Source of the DNA: Candidatus Nanohaloarchaea archaeon
GTDB lineage: Archaea; Nanohalarchaeota; Nanosalinia; Nanosalinales; Nanosalinaceae
Assembly (NCBI GenBank): GCA_013343275.1
Contig: CP046106.1
Coordinates: 192,001 to 256,000 of the forward strand
DNA: 64,000 nt
Direction of reading: 5' to 3'
The notes below the pieces were generated by a model that searched no databases, was not told the origin of the DNA, and saw only the letters and a list, made by a program, of their open reading frames with translations. How positions within the stretch are numbered: position 1 is the stretch's first letter; every line of letters begins with the position of its first letter. Of this stretch, positions 37,539 to 48,037 are shown in pieces. Both the position numbers and the translations under genes were made by a program.

Positions 37539-40067
37539 ATGTGTATGTATAAGAAGCTGCTACTAGCCCTACTGTTCTTTACATTCTTCCTGACTCAAGC
37601 TAACGCTGTTAGCTGGGACTGGACTCCCGCCACATCAGATCCGGCAGAAGGAGATGACTATGAAAACGGAGTTGAGAACTTTGAATATGGGGACACGGTT
37701 AGAAATGCGTTTAGGGGCTCGATAGGTAAGGAGTTTGTTCTCTCATGTAATGATGGTGTTGGATATTCAGGTAGTTGCCCTGCTAAGGATTTGACTCTAA
37801 ATATTTGCGGTAAATCGATAAATCTTAATCACAAAGGTACTACTGAGGGCAATCCCGGTGAACATGTGTGGGGGATGTCAACCCATAGGGTATATGGTAG
37901 TGAAAATTACGGAGGAAATATCCCTTGTTATCTAGGATCTCATAGTATTACCATTACAAATGATGGCTCGCCAGTAGGTATTCCAGATGACGAGGACGAC
38001 TTCAATGTAGTGCCGGAAGACATGCCGCCTAATAGAGGGAAATACCTTATCATGGCTATGGACCAGGCTGGCTCCACTGCAGAGGGATCTTCTCTTGACA
38101 ATATTCATGGCTTCTTCCTCTCAAATGATCCAAGCTGGAAGAGCTTCAGTCTTTCTAAGACTGATGTTGTAGCAGCTGAGATGGATGCAGGGTGTCCTGA
38201 CATGCTGAAAGTACAGTCAAAAGCTGTAGGCACTGTAATACCTATGGAGGATGGCTTCAAGATGAGGAGAGCTGTTAAAATGGATACGATAAACTATCAC
38301 ACGTCTTGGACTTGCACAGATGCGCAGATGGATGCATGGGAATTACTTGATTCTCCTCTAAATAAGAACCTCGGCAGAAAGTTTGGAGTAAAGGAAAGGT
38401 TGTATCCCGGCAGTATTTCACCTGTCTGGGACCGTAACTCTGAAGGATACTACCCTGATGGAGAAATAATCAAGGCCAAGACTACATCTGGACAGGGGCC
38501 TTTCTGGTTTATCTGCAGAGGAAGTATGGATGGCCAGAGAGTAAATGTAGACGGTCAAACCTACCGGTGCGATGTCAAAGGTAACGGTGTTGACTGGAGA
38601 GGAAATGAGCCAAAGACATGGATTATACCAGATGATGGGCCAACCTGTCAGTCACCGGTAGTAGGGCTTAAACCTGATGGAACAAAGGCAGTATTTTGGG
38701 ATGTTAACGAAGATGCTGCACCTACCGATGCACGTACCGGCTGCAACTACACGAATATCGATACCACTATAGAGACAGGTCAGCCCGATCTCTTCCTGTG
38801 TAGCAAGTCAGATGGCCCTAGAGAAACCTCTGCAACCGGTGGAGACACTTTGACAACCGGTGAAGAAAACTACTGCCAGTTTAATATGGACTCAACAGGA
38901 AGCTTATCTCTGGGAGACTACCACAATGGGAGCGCTCTTGCGGTAAGATACTTCGTTCCTAAGGAAGCAATACCTGTAGGAGAAGAAGGTTCGGAATATG
39001 CAACTACCTCAGGGTTCAAGAATACAAGATACGATCACATACACCGTGCTGAGCTAGATGCAATACCCTGCAACTATGAGGACTATAACTACTATCCTTG
39101 CAGAACAGCTCACAACCAGAGCAAATACCAAGGAATTAACGTTTCAACAGGAACAGCCTACAACAACTCATTTACCAACTTGGACGAAGACGCAGTAAGA
39201 AACATGTGGAAAGTAAGCAACGCAACAGGCCAGTACACATCAGATATTGATGGAATAGATAGTTCCCGACTGAACCAGATAGACGTTGGTAGAAACAACT
39301 CCGAAGTATTCAATGGAGGATTCTACCCTAAATGCTTAGGAGGCCAGCAGTGGACATATACTCCTACTCAAGAAACAGTTTCGGGATGGGAGTGTTCCGG
39401 TGCGCTAGATTTCAAAATACCAGTTTACTCCTTTGATACCAGCCAGTTCTATGGAGAAACTACAACTGGTTTCTGGATTAAGCCATATGTTTTCAGAGAA
39501 GTTACTGCAGACCCTCAATTTACAAGTTACCGACAGGCAAGGTTAGATGAAGATAAATCTGCTGCGACTCTTGAGCAGATTAGATCGGTTTGCTGGGAGG
39601 GAACTGCCTCTGAGAAGCCAAGTGAGTTTAATTCCAGTAACTCCGGCGACTGGTTTGCTAAAGAAGTAACTGGAATAGGTACCAGTCCAAGCGTGCCTGT
39701 TCCTGTAGTAGGTAACTTCAGTGCTTCTTCAAGCTCTGTTGGAGACTATACCTGCAAGTTTGAGTTTATCAACTCTAATGGTAACCCTGTTAGAGTTCAG
39801 GGTAACTTGGTAGCTATCTCTCATGAGGCTGCTGCCAAACAGCACCGTTCTCTGGCCATCCTTACGGGAGAGTACTCTACATGGATTAACCCGGACTGGT
39901 TCGCTGAATCAACTATCTGTGGCGGGAGTTGCAGTCTGCTGATAGAGAAAGAGGACCTGAACGGTACAGTACCTCAGTCACAGGTTAGAAGACTAACCAG
40001 TCAGTGGAAAGATAATCTGGGATACAGCTACAGCAGCTTTACTCCAAACGGATACCTAGCACAATAA
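37539..40067 (+). CDS. Large secreted Cys-rich protein
   Basis: Signal peptide, 842 aa, many Cys, G/S/T/D-rich. Confidence 0.75.
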   Translation: MCMYKKLLLALLFFTFFLTQANAVSWDWTPATSDPAEGDDYENGVENFEYGDTVRNAFRGSIGKEFVLSCNDGVGYSGSCPAKDLTLNICGKSINLNHKGTTEGNPGEHVWGMSTHRVYGSENYGGNIPCYLGSHSITITNDGSPVGIPDDEDDFNVVPEDMPPNRGKYLIMAMDQAGSTAEGSSLDNIHGFFLSNDPSWKSFSLSKTDVVAAEMDAGCPDMLKVQSKAVGTVIPMEDGFKMRRAVKMDTINYHTSWTCTDAQMDAWELLDSPLNKNLGRKFGVKERLYPGSISPVWDRNSEGYYPDGEIIKAKTTSGQGPFWFICRGSMDGQRVNVDGQTYRCDVKGNGVDWRGNEPKTWIIPDDGPTCQSPVVGLKPDGTKAVFWDVNEDAAPTDARTGCNYTNIDTTIETGQPDLFLCSKSDGPRETSATGGDTLTTGEENYCQFNMDSTGSLSLGDYHNGSALAVRYFVPKEAIPVGEEGSEYATTSGFKNTRYDHIHRAELDAIPCNYEDYNYYPCRTAHNQSKYQGINVSTGTAYNNSFTNLDEDAVRNMWKVSNATGQYTSDIDGIDSSRLNQIDVGRNNSEVFNGGFYPKCLGGQQWTYTPTQETVSGWECSGALDFKIPVYSFDTSQFYGETTTGFWIKPYVFREVTADPQFTSYRQARLDEDKSAATLEQIRSVCWEGTASEKPSEFNSSNSGDWFAKEVTGIGTSPSVPVPVVGNFSASSSSVGDYTCKFEFINSNGNPVRVQGNLVAISHEAAAKQHRSLAILTGEYSTWINPDWFAESTICGGSCSLLIEKEDLNGTVPQSQVRRLTSQWKDNLGYSYSSFTPNGYLAQ

Positions 40068-40071
40068 AGAA

Positions 40072-41766
40072 CTATGCGCCGGCCAGTGTTTGCTGGCCCA
40101 TGTCTCCTTCTATTTCTTCTCCCTCCAGTGTTGCGTCGATTTCTTCCGCGCTCATCGAGTAGGAAGGATTGTCTCGGAGGAACTGGTTGAAATCATCGTA
40201 ATGGCCTTGTTCATCCTGCCATACATCTTCGACAACAGATTCGTCTTCTACAACTGCGTACTGTGGGTTCCCGGTGTCTCCGTAGATTATGTGGTTGGTG
40301 TCCTTGTCTTTTAGCAGTTCGTTCATCACTTTAGCTTGGTTATGTAGTTCTTGGAAGTCAGCGTCATTTTGATTGTAGGTTCTTAGTTTTTCCGTGAAGT
40401 CTTGGAGGTACTCTGTTGTTGGGGCAACTTTTTCTGCTCGAGCCATGGAGGCTTTATTACCCTCTACTTCGGCCGTGATAGGGGAGCTTGCTATATTCTT
40501 GACTAAAGACGATGCTTTTCTTTTGTTTGACTCAAAATTTGAGTTGTATTGGTTGTTACTGTGTCCTTCCCATCCAAACCGTAGTGGGTGCCAGAACTGC
40601 TGGTAGCCATCGTTTCCTGGTTCTAAGTACCCTGAGTTCTCTACTAATGGATGCATCTGAGGGTCTTCTGACGTGGCTGTTACTGGTCCCTTTATGGTCT
40701 CCATTATCCGGAGTTCGTCGGTTCCATCGGCGTTTTTTCCGTAGATTAGGCCATTGCCGTGTCCGCCGTCTAACTGGAATTCCCATGCATGTAGTTCCAG
40801 GTCTCTGTTATTCTTCTGTTCAACTGCCTGTTCCAGAACGGGGGCGTAGACATTGTTCTCGCTGCTTATTGGGCCTTCGTTGGTCATTGTGCGTTGCCAG
40901 TTGAAGTAGTAGCTGTGTATCCAGTCGAGTGCTTCTTCTACTGTTTCTGCATTTGAGAACTTTTCGGCGTTGAAGTGGCCGAAGCTCTCTCCCCACTCTC
41001 CGTTTGGATAGACAAAGCCGTAACCCTGTTTTGCTTGCTCTATCTGTGGATTGCCTGTATCTGTTCCTATGCTTTGTATGAACTGACTGGTTTCTGATGA
41101 CGGGTCTGTCTGTGGGCTCGGTGCTAGTTCTTCGTAGTCGTTGTCGTGGTACCATTCGAGTGCGGCGAGATCGACTCCTAGTTTGTCGAATCCTAGGGCC
41201 TCGTGACTGCTGTAGGTGTCGAGTGTTGGATCTGTGGTGATGAATCCGCCTTTTTCCTGCAAGTAGTTTTCCTCGTCGCTTTTCTGCTGTATTGTGTTCC
41301 TCAGTTCTTCATTTCTCTCTGGTACTACATCCAGTTTGTAGTTTCCTGGTGTAGGTTTGGAGGCCTGTGCTGTGTCTTCTGCTGTCGCTCCGTTTCTACT
41401 TGCTGTTGCCTTGAATTCCTGTTGGCCCTTCTTCATTTGGCCTGGCTGTACTGTTAAACTGTTTTCCTGCCACTGTTCTGACTCTCTGTTAATCTGTACT
41501 TTACCGTTGCTTACAGTTACTTGAGTGGGTTGGCCGCTGCTCTGAACTGAGAATTGGGCCTGGTAGTCCTCAATACTCTGAGAATCTGTCCAGATTGAAG
41601 GCAGTTGAGAAGGTTGGGCCTCTGTAGAAATACTTACAGAAATATCTTGGCTAGGGTTGTTATCGTTACTGTTGTTACTTTCATCTCCACCTGTAACTGT
41701 GTTGCACCCTGCAAGGCCTGTTAAGGTTGCAGCGCCGGCGGCCTTCATGAAGTCTCGTCGTTTCAA
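40072..41766 (-). CDS. Twin-arginine (Tat) lipoprotein
   Basis: MKRRDFMKAAGAATLTGLAG|C: RR motif plus lipobox. Confidence 0.8.
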   Translation of the reverse strand: MKRRDFMKAAGAATLTGLAGCNTVTGGDESNNSNDNNPSQDISVSISTEAQPSQLPSIWTDSQSIEDYQAQFSVQSSGQPTQVTVSNGKVQINRESEQWQENSLTVQPGQMKKGQQEFKATASRNGATAEDTAQASKPTPGNYKLDVVPERNEELRNTIQQKSDEENYLQEKGGFITTDPTLDTYSSHEALGFDKLGVDLAALEWYHDNDYEELAPSPQTDPSSETSQFIQSIGTDTGNPQIEQAKQGYGFVYPNGEWGESFGHFNAEKFSNAETVEEALDWIHSYYFNWQRTMTNEGPISSENNVYAPVLEQAVEQKNNRDLELHAWEFQLDGGHGNGLIYGKNADGTDELRIMETIKGPVTATSEDPQMHPLVENSGYLEPGNDGYQQFWHPLRFGWEGHSNNQYNSNFESNKRKASSLVKNIASSPITAEVEGNKASMARAEKVAPTTEYLQDFTEKLRTYNQNDADFQELHNQAKVMNELLKDKDTNHIIYGDTGNPQYAVVEDESVVEDVWQDEQGHYDDFNQFLRDNPSYSMSAEEIDATLEGEEIEGDMGQQTLAGA

Positions 41767-41889
41767 AGACAGAACCCTCGTTGTTACTAAGTAATAACGT
41801 CATGCTCGTTTATATATCTTTTCTACAATGGAGGTGCCGACCTATACTCTTTGAGAGGTTTTTTATTCACGGCCTCACCTTTAGAACTT

Positions 41890-44800
41890 ATGAGTATTAG
41901 AAAAGCTCTAGCCATAGCTTTACTTCTCTCAGTACTGGCTGGAACTATCTCTGCCTACCAGTTTACAGGGGGTTCTGAAGACACAGGCACCGGGCCTCCT
42001 GAGCGACCTCCTCAACCATCTGCATGCTTGGATAGTAGCGATAATGATGGTGATGGCTTGGTGGATGGAAAAGATTCGGACAGCGATAATGATGGAACTC
42101 CTAACTGGCAAGAGGTAAATGCTGATGGCCCTGATCCTGGCTGCTCGAAACCATATGATTACGATGACAGCGAGGCAAATATGTACGATCTCGATGCATC
42201 TTGGATCTTCGGCACGAGATTCTCGGCCCCTACTCCGCAAGATTCATCTGTATTCTATGGTTCGGAACTCATAACAAATGGATCATCTACTACTGTCCAT
42301 CCAGATACTGTATCTACTTCTAACTCTATAATTGAGTATTATGTTGAAGGATCCTCTGATAACTGGGGTGGAGGCGACAAAAAGTCGGTTGAGATCTCTA
42401 ACTCTGAGAACAGGCCACAGGGCACAATGACTGGCACAACAACTACCGGTGTTGAAGGATCTGCTGAACTAATAGATGCACCTTATAATTCTAGTAGCGA
42501 TGGCCAGTGTGGGGATGGTATAGAGAACTCAGATGAGAACAACCTTGACTGTCCGGAGGATTATGGCCTTCCGGATGATGCAGGCACCACAAAAAGTACT
42601 TCATCTGAAACTCTTTCCGACAGGTTTAATGCCAAAGTCAGTCAGTGGAATGTGAACAATGCTAACGGTGTCTCTGTAGGCGATCCCAACAATCAGGCTA
42701 ACAACGGCGAGTATCTGACTTCAAAGAATAATAATGATGATCTGGCTGATAATATCGAGTACAGGTTCAGTAACTCTGGTCAAGGCCTTGTAGCTCCTGA
42801 AGCGGAAGGCCAGAAAACTGATGATATAAGCGGATCCTTCCCTTACACCAGCGACCTGCAGAGTGGAACGCAGGCTAACGCTGGAGAGACTACTGATCAG
42901 GTTGTTCAGGATCAACAGTGGACTGATGTTCCCGACTACTATCTGAAGGATGCTGATGGAGATGGTGCTCCGGACGAGCTCTGGATGGTTTACCCTGAGA
43001 AAGTTGGAGAAACAAAGATGGGATCGGTAACTGACTATGACCTTACCGGTGATAAAAATGTTGAGACATGGGAGGTCACCGGTAGCGAGGGTACCTGCTC
43101 TGGGGCTAATTGCTCTACTTCCGGCAGTGTCTGTAGCAGTGTTGATCAGGGTACAGATACAAAATATACTCTTGAAAGTGAGACCACGACTACTGTCTCC
43201 GATAGTGGTAATGAACAGTACTACGCTGATAGCAGCGGGAGCTACCAGCACAGTAAAGAAAATACCAATCTCAATCAGGTTTCAGTTGAAGTAACACATC
43301 ATCCTGGCTACAATACAGAGACTGTTGATGATGACGGCTGTGGAGGGTATACTACTACTGGTTCCTGTACCTCAAGCCAGGGGTGTAGCTCAGGTTCAAC
43401 TCCTGTCGCCAGCGAAGTTTCCGACCAGGATATTGCTACAGGCCAGACCAGTAACACGATTACTTACAGGTACGAAGATATCGAACTTCATACAGCAAAA
43501 GTCTTTGATTTGAATCCGGCGGAAAATCCTTCTTACTCGCCGGCATTTCCTACAAATGCTCTTTTCGAGGGAGATACTTTCAAGTACGGAACTGAGGCAT
43601 ATTCTCGTTCCAATATCAAGTACAATGCGTTTAACGGGGATGCCTACTTTGCTTATACTGTAGATAAAGATAGTAAGACTCTGGGCAATGATGAGGCCTT
43701 GACTTCCAGCAGTTACCATATCCAGGTTGATGGGACGGCATTTGAGTCCGTAAGAGATTATGAGAAGACCTGGGATGTAGATGGGCCTGAAGGCCAGTCA
43801 GACGGGTATATTGCGGTGCTTCACCGTAAGGGTTACCTTGGTTCGGGACAGGTTGAGCTACAGGGTAAGAGCAACAGGTTGATGGCGACGGAGATTACTG
43901 ATGGGAACTCTGCAGTAGATATTGTTCAGCCATCAGATGCTCTAGGAGAGGTAGGTCTTGCCGGCGGTTGTAATGATCCTTTCACTCACTGTATTGCGGC
44001 TGTAGATGTAATGTTCCGTAACATTAACAACTGGCGTAATCCGAAAGATCCTTCTGTCCAGACTGGTAGTGAGGCCTATCCTACAGCTGTGACTTACAGG
44101 CATGATATAGAGAATACTAATCGCTCTCTCGGAGTTTGTAAGATGTATCAGGAGCTCGACCCTGATGCAGCGATTGGTTCTAACTACGGTTCAAATACTG
44201 ATAGCCCCACCCAGAGTTCTGATAAAAGGTGTGCCGGCGATACGGCCACTGAGTTCTGGGTTACTATGGAAGGCCCAGAGATTGATGAAAGCGCTATCTC
44301 TACCCACCACCTTGAAGGAACCGCGGACAGAATTACTGACTGTCTATGGTATGGTGTAGATGTTCCGGAGGGAACAGTCAGGACATCAGGAACTCAGGAG
44401 TACTCTCAGTATGAACTGGGAGGTTACTCTCCTGACGGTGAGGTGTGCTTAGCTATAGATAGCAGCGGAGAGTCATTTACTCAGAATGGAAAGACCTACG
44501 AGGAAACTCTCCCTTCCAATGATCCTGGAGATGACGTCCCTTATGATAACTACGACTACGACGATGATGGAACTGTTGAAGAGGTAGGCGGAGAATGGTA
44601 TGATCTAGATAATAAGAGGATAAACCAGTACCTCAGAAACAACGGGAATATACTGGTAACAAATGGAGATCCAGATAACGCATCGCAGATAGCCTATTAC
44701 TGGCGTCAAAATGAGAACCCGTCACATCCCGACTTCAATCCGAAAGGCCTTGGATCAGGGGATAATATCGGCGTAACGCTCGAAGACGACTGCGGCCCTC

Positions 44801-44892
44801 TGCTTATCGGCTGCGATGAGTCAAAATCAAAGACTGAAGGGAAGGAGCCTGTGTTCTTCAGCTTCTTCTGGCAGCTGGTGGGCTTCCAGTGA
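41890..44892 (+). CDS. Giant secreted Asp/Cys-rich protein with Ca-binding-like DxDGDG motifs
   Basis: Signal peptide MSIRKALAIA; DNDGDGLVDG..DPGC, CGDGI, DADGDG. Confidence 0.75.
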   Translation: MSIRKALAIALLLSVLAGTISAYQFTGGSEDTGTGPPERPPQPSACLDSSDNDGDGLVDGKDSDSDNDGTPNWQEVNADGPDPGCSKPYDYDDSEANMYDLDASWIFGTRFSAPTPQDSSVFYGSELITNGSSTTVHPDTVSTSNSIIEYYVEGSSDNWGGGDKKSVEISNSENRPQGTMTGTTTTGVEGSAELIDAPYNSSSDGQCGDGIENSDENNLDCPEDYGLPDDAGTTKSTSSETLSDRFNAKVSQWNVNNANGVSVGDPNNQANNGEYLTSKNNNDDLADNIEYRFSNSGQGLVAPEAEGQKTDDISGSFPYTSDLQSGTQANAGETTDQVVQDQQWTDVPDYYLKDADGDGAPDELWMVYPEKVGETKMGSVTDYDLTGDKNVETWEVTGSEGTCSGANCSTSGSVCSSVDQGTDTKYTLESETTTTVSDSGNEQYYADSSGSYQHSKENTNLNQVSVEVTHHPGYNTETVDDDGCGGYTTTGSCTSSQGCSSGSTPVASEVSDQDIATGQTSNTITYRYEDIELHTAKVFDLNPAENPSYSPAFPTNALFEGDTFKYGTEAYSRSNIKYNAFNGDAYFAYTVDKDSKTLGNDEALTSSSYHIQVDGTAFESVRDYEKTWDVDGPEGQSDGYIAVLHRKGYLGSGQVELQGKSNRLMATEITDGNSAVDIVQPSDALGEVGLAGGCNDPFTHCIAAVDVMFRNINNWRNPKDPSVQTGSEAYPTAVTYRHDIENTNRSLGVCKMYQELDPDAAIGSNYGSNTDSPTQSSDKRCAGDTATEFWVTMEGPEIDESAISTHHLEGTADRITDCLWYGVDVPEGTVRTSGTQEYSQYELGGYSPDGEVCLAIDSSGESFTQNGKTYEETLPSNDPGDDVPYDNYDYDDDGTVEEVGGEWYDLDNKRINQYLRNNGNILVTNGDPDNASQIAYYWRQNENPSHPDFNPKGLGSGDNIGVTLEDDCGPLLIGCDESKSKTEGKEPVFFSFFWQLVGFQ

Positions 44893-47810
44893 GAAAAGCA
44901 GTTCTTGTAGCTTCCCTACTGCTTTCCCTGTTCGTAGCTCCTGCTTCAGGTCAGATGTATATGGAGGACATGTCAGGAACGCAGAGCGACTGGAGTTGCT
45001 ATACTACAGGAAGATCGCTGGATAAATGTACTACAGATGCTACCGGAAGTTACTCCACTCCAGAACAGTCGGCAAAGGCCACGGGGAGATACGAGATCTG
45101 TGGTAAAGGAGGCATAACGAAATCTTTCAATTTCTCTCGGCAGCCAAAGTATCTGAGCTTTGACTACAGAATAAGTCTAGACAGCTGGGGCAAGGGAACT
45201 ATATACATCAACGACTCCTCCGGAGTCACAGAGCTTATTGACAAGAAAAGAACAGGTTCAACCTATGATTCTGGCTGGAGAAGCGAAACATTTGTAGTCA
45301 GCTCACAGGACAAAGACTTCTCTCTCACCGCAGGAAGTATAAGCAGCTCCAGCTTCTGCGACAGCAAGCCGGAAGATAGATCATGGAAAGTATGGGTAGA
45401 CGATATCAAGGTAACATCCAGCGCAGACAAACCAAATGAACCTTCCTTCCGACAGCCAGAGGATGGAGCAACGGCAACACGCACAACAGTAGAACTCTCA
45501 ACAAGGATAACAGATCCTAACGACGACACTATGAACGTAAGTTTCCACAGAGCCGATGGCACACTGATAGAGAACGAAACGGCTCCCAGTGGAGCAACAG
45601 TCTCAGTATACTGGGGAGGTCTAAGTGATGGAGGGAGTTACAGTTGGTACATCAAAGCCTGTGATGGAACCGGCCAGTGCAGAATTACCGATACCTGGAG
45701 TTTTACTGTAGATAAGGCTGCAGAGAAAACATATACTGGAGGAGGCCTGATGGATGAAGACTATACAAAGATCGGTGAGAACAGGAGCGTAGGAAACTAC
45801 TACTTTGAGGGCTATGTTAACAAGCTGGAGGAGGCTACCAACCAGCTGGAGGATGGAATGGATACAAGTTACTACAGTCCAAGCGATTACGGTATCTGGT
45901 CGGACTCCGATGGCTCTCAGGGGAGTGCAGATCAATGGGCCATCACAAAGTACCAGAACTGGTCGATATCGAACAGAGGGATTCCATATCCTCCAGGCCC
46001 AACAGTAATCTCTCCGCAGATAAGACAGGGGGGTCTTTACCATCCAAGCTACAGCAGCGAGGGAGGAACATATTATCACAAGACCTACGGCGGGCCATAT
46101 CGAAGCGTTCCTACTAATCTAGGCGCCTTCACCTCTCCAAGTGTTTCCAAGAAGGACAAGGTAATGGGCAACTCGTTCGCTGCTGTAGCTGCACAGAACT
46201 TTACAGGTGCTTTCGGGCCTGTTCGAGAAGGTGATGGAGTATGGGTAGATCCTGATGATATACGGTCAATGAATGAATTATTGGAGGGGCCTTGGCTACA
46301 GAAACTTGTATACAATACTGACCTTACCGGTCCTGACATGGGTCTCGGCTTCAATCTTGGAGATAACCGAGGAATAAGCTATCGTTCAGGATTTGGCTCT
46401 CCAAGATCCTACGTTATGTACGGTAATGTCTACTTTGAAGGAGAAGCGGATAAAGTTGATAATGACGGAGATGGAGTTGTAGACGAGGAATGGAACAGCA
46501 ATGGAACAGTCGGTGAATCCAAGCCTTATATAGAGGCCCCGATGTGTGGTGATGATCAATACGAATACCTGCTTGAAGAGCTAGGAGAGTCAAAGAGATC
46601 GGTAGCAGGAGATGGAAAGTATGCCTGTACTGATTCACAGAACGTCTGTATAGATATGAGTGCGGAAGGAAGTAAGGTATTCGGCCTAGGAGTTTACCGG
46701 CAGACAGATGAGCCTGATGAAGCCTTCGGGAGATCCAAGCTTGATAAGGAGGCCTGTGCAGTGATAGGCACCGATACAGTTGCTAAGTGGTATGATCAGG
46801 ACTTCAAACAGAGGCTGTGCCGCGACAACACTCTCTACGGTAATAGCGGCGTAAGATGGTTCTCGGAAAGTGAGATCGCACAGCACCCAGCAGCGTTCAA
46901 AGGAGGAATAGACGACGACTTCAACGAATTTATAGAGGAAAACAGGGCGCTGGAAGGAACAACCTCGCAAAACCTCCAGTCAGATCCTACAAGAACCTAC
47001 ACATCTTCCAGCAGCCTGGGCCAGTACAGTCCCGTACCGACAGGTAATGCGGATCAGAGAAACGGTGTCTCAAATACTACAATAGCAACACCTGGCTTCT
47101 GTGGTGGAGATGACTCATCAGAATACCTGGTAACGCAGGAAGGCGTAACGAGTCTCATTCAGACCAACAACTCCATCATAGGAGTTGCTTCACAGCCGGG
47201 CGCATGTATACTTGATGGAGCCAAGTATCCTGAAGTTTCCAGCGACAAAAGGGAGCTTTACAGTCCTGGAGCGCAGATAGAGTTCGATCTCGGAAGCGAT
47301 ACCAAGATGATATCATGTTACGGCGGAGCCTGGTACCAGAAATGGCCTGTAGTATTCAGAAAAGATACTGTAGATGTGCCTCTAGGAACCTCTCGACTAG
47401 CACAGTTCAAGGTAATCAACGTGGAGACAGAGGCAAAAACCTTCAATATCGAGCTTAAGGACGACAGCTCCAGTAACTGGAACAACGCATGGTCATACCT
47501 ATCCCAGGAAGATGCCACAAGATCCGATACAGTAACAGCGACTATAGGCGCTCAGTCATCCAGGACATACACAGTTAAACTCTACGGAGGGAACTCAAAC
47601 GTAGACAACGCACAGATCACGGTAAGAGCTGCCTCAGCAGATGGCACAATATCCGGTGACGACAGCATCCGAATTGATGTAACAAAGGCCCCTAACTCCA
47701 CGCAGACCGGAGCGACTTCCAGCAACGCAGTACCCGGAATAGGCCTACCACAGATAGTAGTGCTGCTTATGCTATCCTCAACAATGTTCCTCTACTGGAA
47801 CAAACCGTAA
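44889..47810 (+). CDS. Giant surface protein with a PGF-CTERM-like anchor
   Basis: Signal peptide; Ig/FN3-like segment; DNDGDGVVDE; C-terminal S/T linker, then VPGIG and a TM helix. Confidence 0.75.
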   Translation: MRKAVLVASLLLSLFVAPASGQMYMEDMSGTQSDWSCYTTGRSLDKCTTDATGSYSTPEQSAKATGRYEICGKGGITKSFNFSRQPKYLSFDYRISLDSWGKGTIYINDSSGVTELIDKKRTGSTYDSGWRSETFVVSSQDKDFSLTAGSISSSSFCDSKPEDRSWKVWVDDIKVTSSADKPNEPSFRQPEDGATATRTTVELSTRITDPNDDTMNVSFHRADGTLIENETAPSGATVSVYWGGLSDGGSYSWYIKACDGTGQCRITDTWSFTVDKAAEKTYTGGGLMDEDYTKIGENRSVGNYYFEGYVNKLEEATNQLEDGMDTSYYSPSDYGIWSDSDGSQGSADQWAITKYQNWSISNRGIPYPPGPTVISPQIRQGGLYHPSYSSEGGTYYHKTYGGPYRSVPTNLGAFTSPSVSKKDKVMGNSFAAVAAQNFTGAFGPVREGDGVWVDPDDIRSMNELLEGPWLQKLVYNTDLTGPDMGLGFNLGDNRGISYRSGFGSPRSYVMYGNVYFEGEADKVDNDGDGVVDEEWNSNGTVGESKPYIEAPMCGDDQYEYLLEELGESKRSVAGDGKYACTDSQNVCIDMSAEGSKVFGLGVYRQTDEPDEAFGRSKLDKEACAVIGTDTVAKWYDQDFKQRLCRDNTLYGNSGVRWFSESEIAQHPAAFKGGIDDDFNEFIEENRALEGTTSQNLQSDPTRTYTSSSSLGQYSPVPTGNADQRNGVSNTTIATPGFCGGDDSSEYLVTQEGVTSLIQTNNSIIGVASQPGACILDGAKYPEVSSDKRELYSPGAQIEFDLGSDTKMISCYGGAWYQKWPVVFRKDTVDVPLGTSRLAQFKVINVETEAKTFNIELKDDSSSNWNNAWSYLSQEDATRSDTVTATIGAQSSRTYTVKLYGGNSNVDNAQITVRAASADGTISGDDSIRIDVTKAPNSTQTGATSSNAVPGIGLPQIVVLLMLSSTMFLYWNKP

Positions 47811-47842
47811 ACTATTTCAAAATTCTCTTTCTCTTTTACTGT

Positions 47843-47896
47843 ATGAACGGTGGCTACGTTCCGCAGCTTCCTCAACAAAGCTGCATTGCAGGATAA
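47843..47896 (+). CDS. uORF1, putative leader peptide MNGGYVPQLPQQSCIAG
   Basis: Read by hand; shares GGYVP with uORF2 through synonymous codon differences. Confidence 0.6.
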   Translation: MNGGYVPQLPQQSCIAG

Positions 47897-47951
47897 ACAG
47901 TATTCTCAACATTTCCTTAGCCACTGCTCTACCCATTCTAACGTGATTTCT

Positions 47952-48017
47952 ATGACACAATCAACCAAAGGTGGATATGTTCCACACGACTGGTTACGCT
48001 CAGTCGACACGCAATAA
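47952..48017 (+). CDS. uORF2, putative leader peptide MTQSTKGGYVPHDWLRSVDTQ
   Basis: Read by hand; GGYVP motif; CGTGAT SD-like sequence upstream. Confidence 0.6.
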   Translation: MTQSTKGGYVPHDWLRSVDTQ

Positions 48018-48037
48018 TGCGTTCAGAAGAACGCATT
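48016..48037 (+). promoter_or_regulatory. Perfect 9-bp hairpin covering the uORF2 stop and uORF3 start
   Basis: AATGCGTTC-AGAA-GAACGCATT. Confidence 0.65.
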
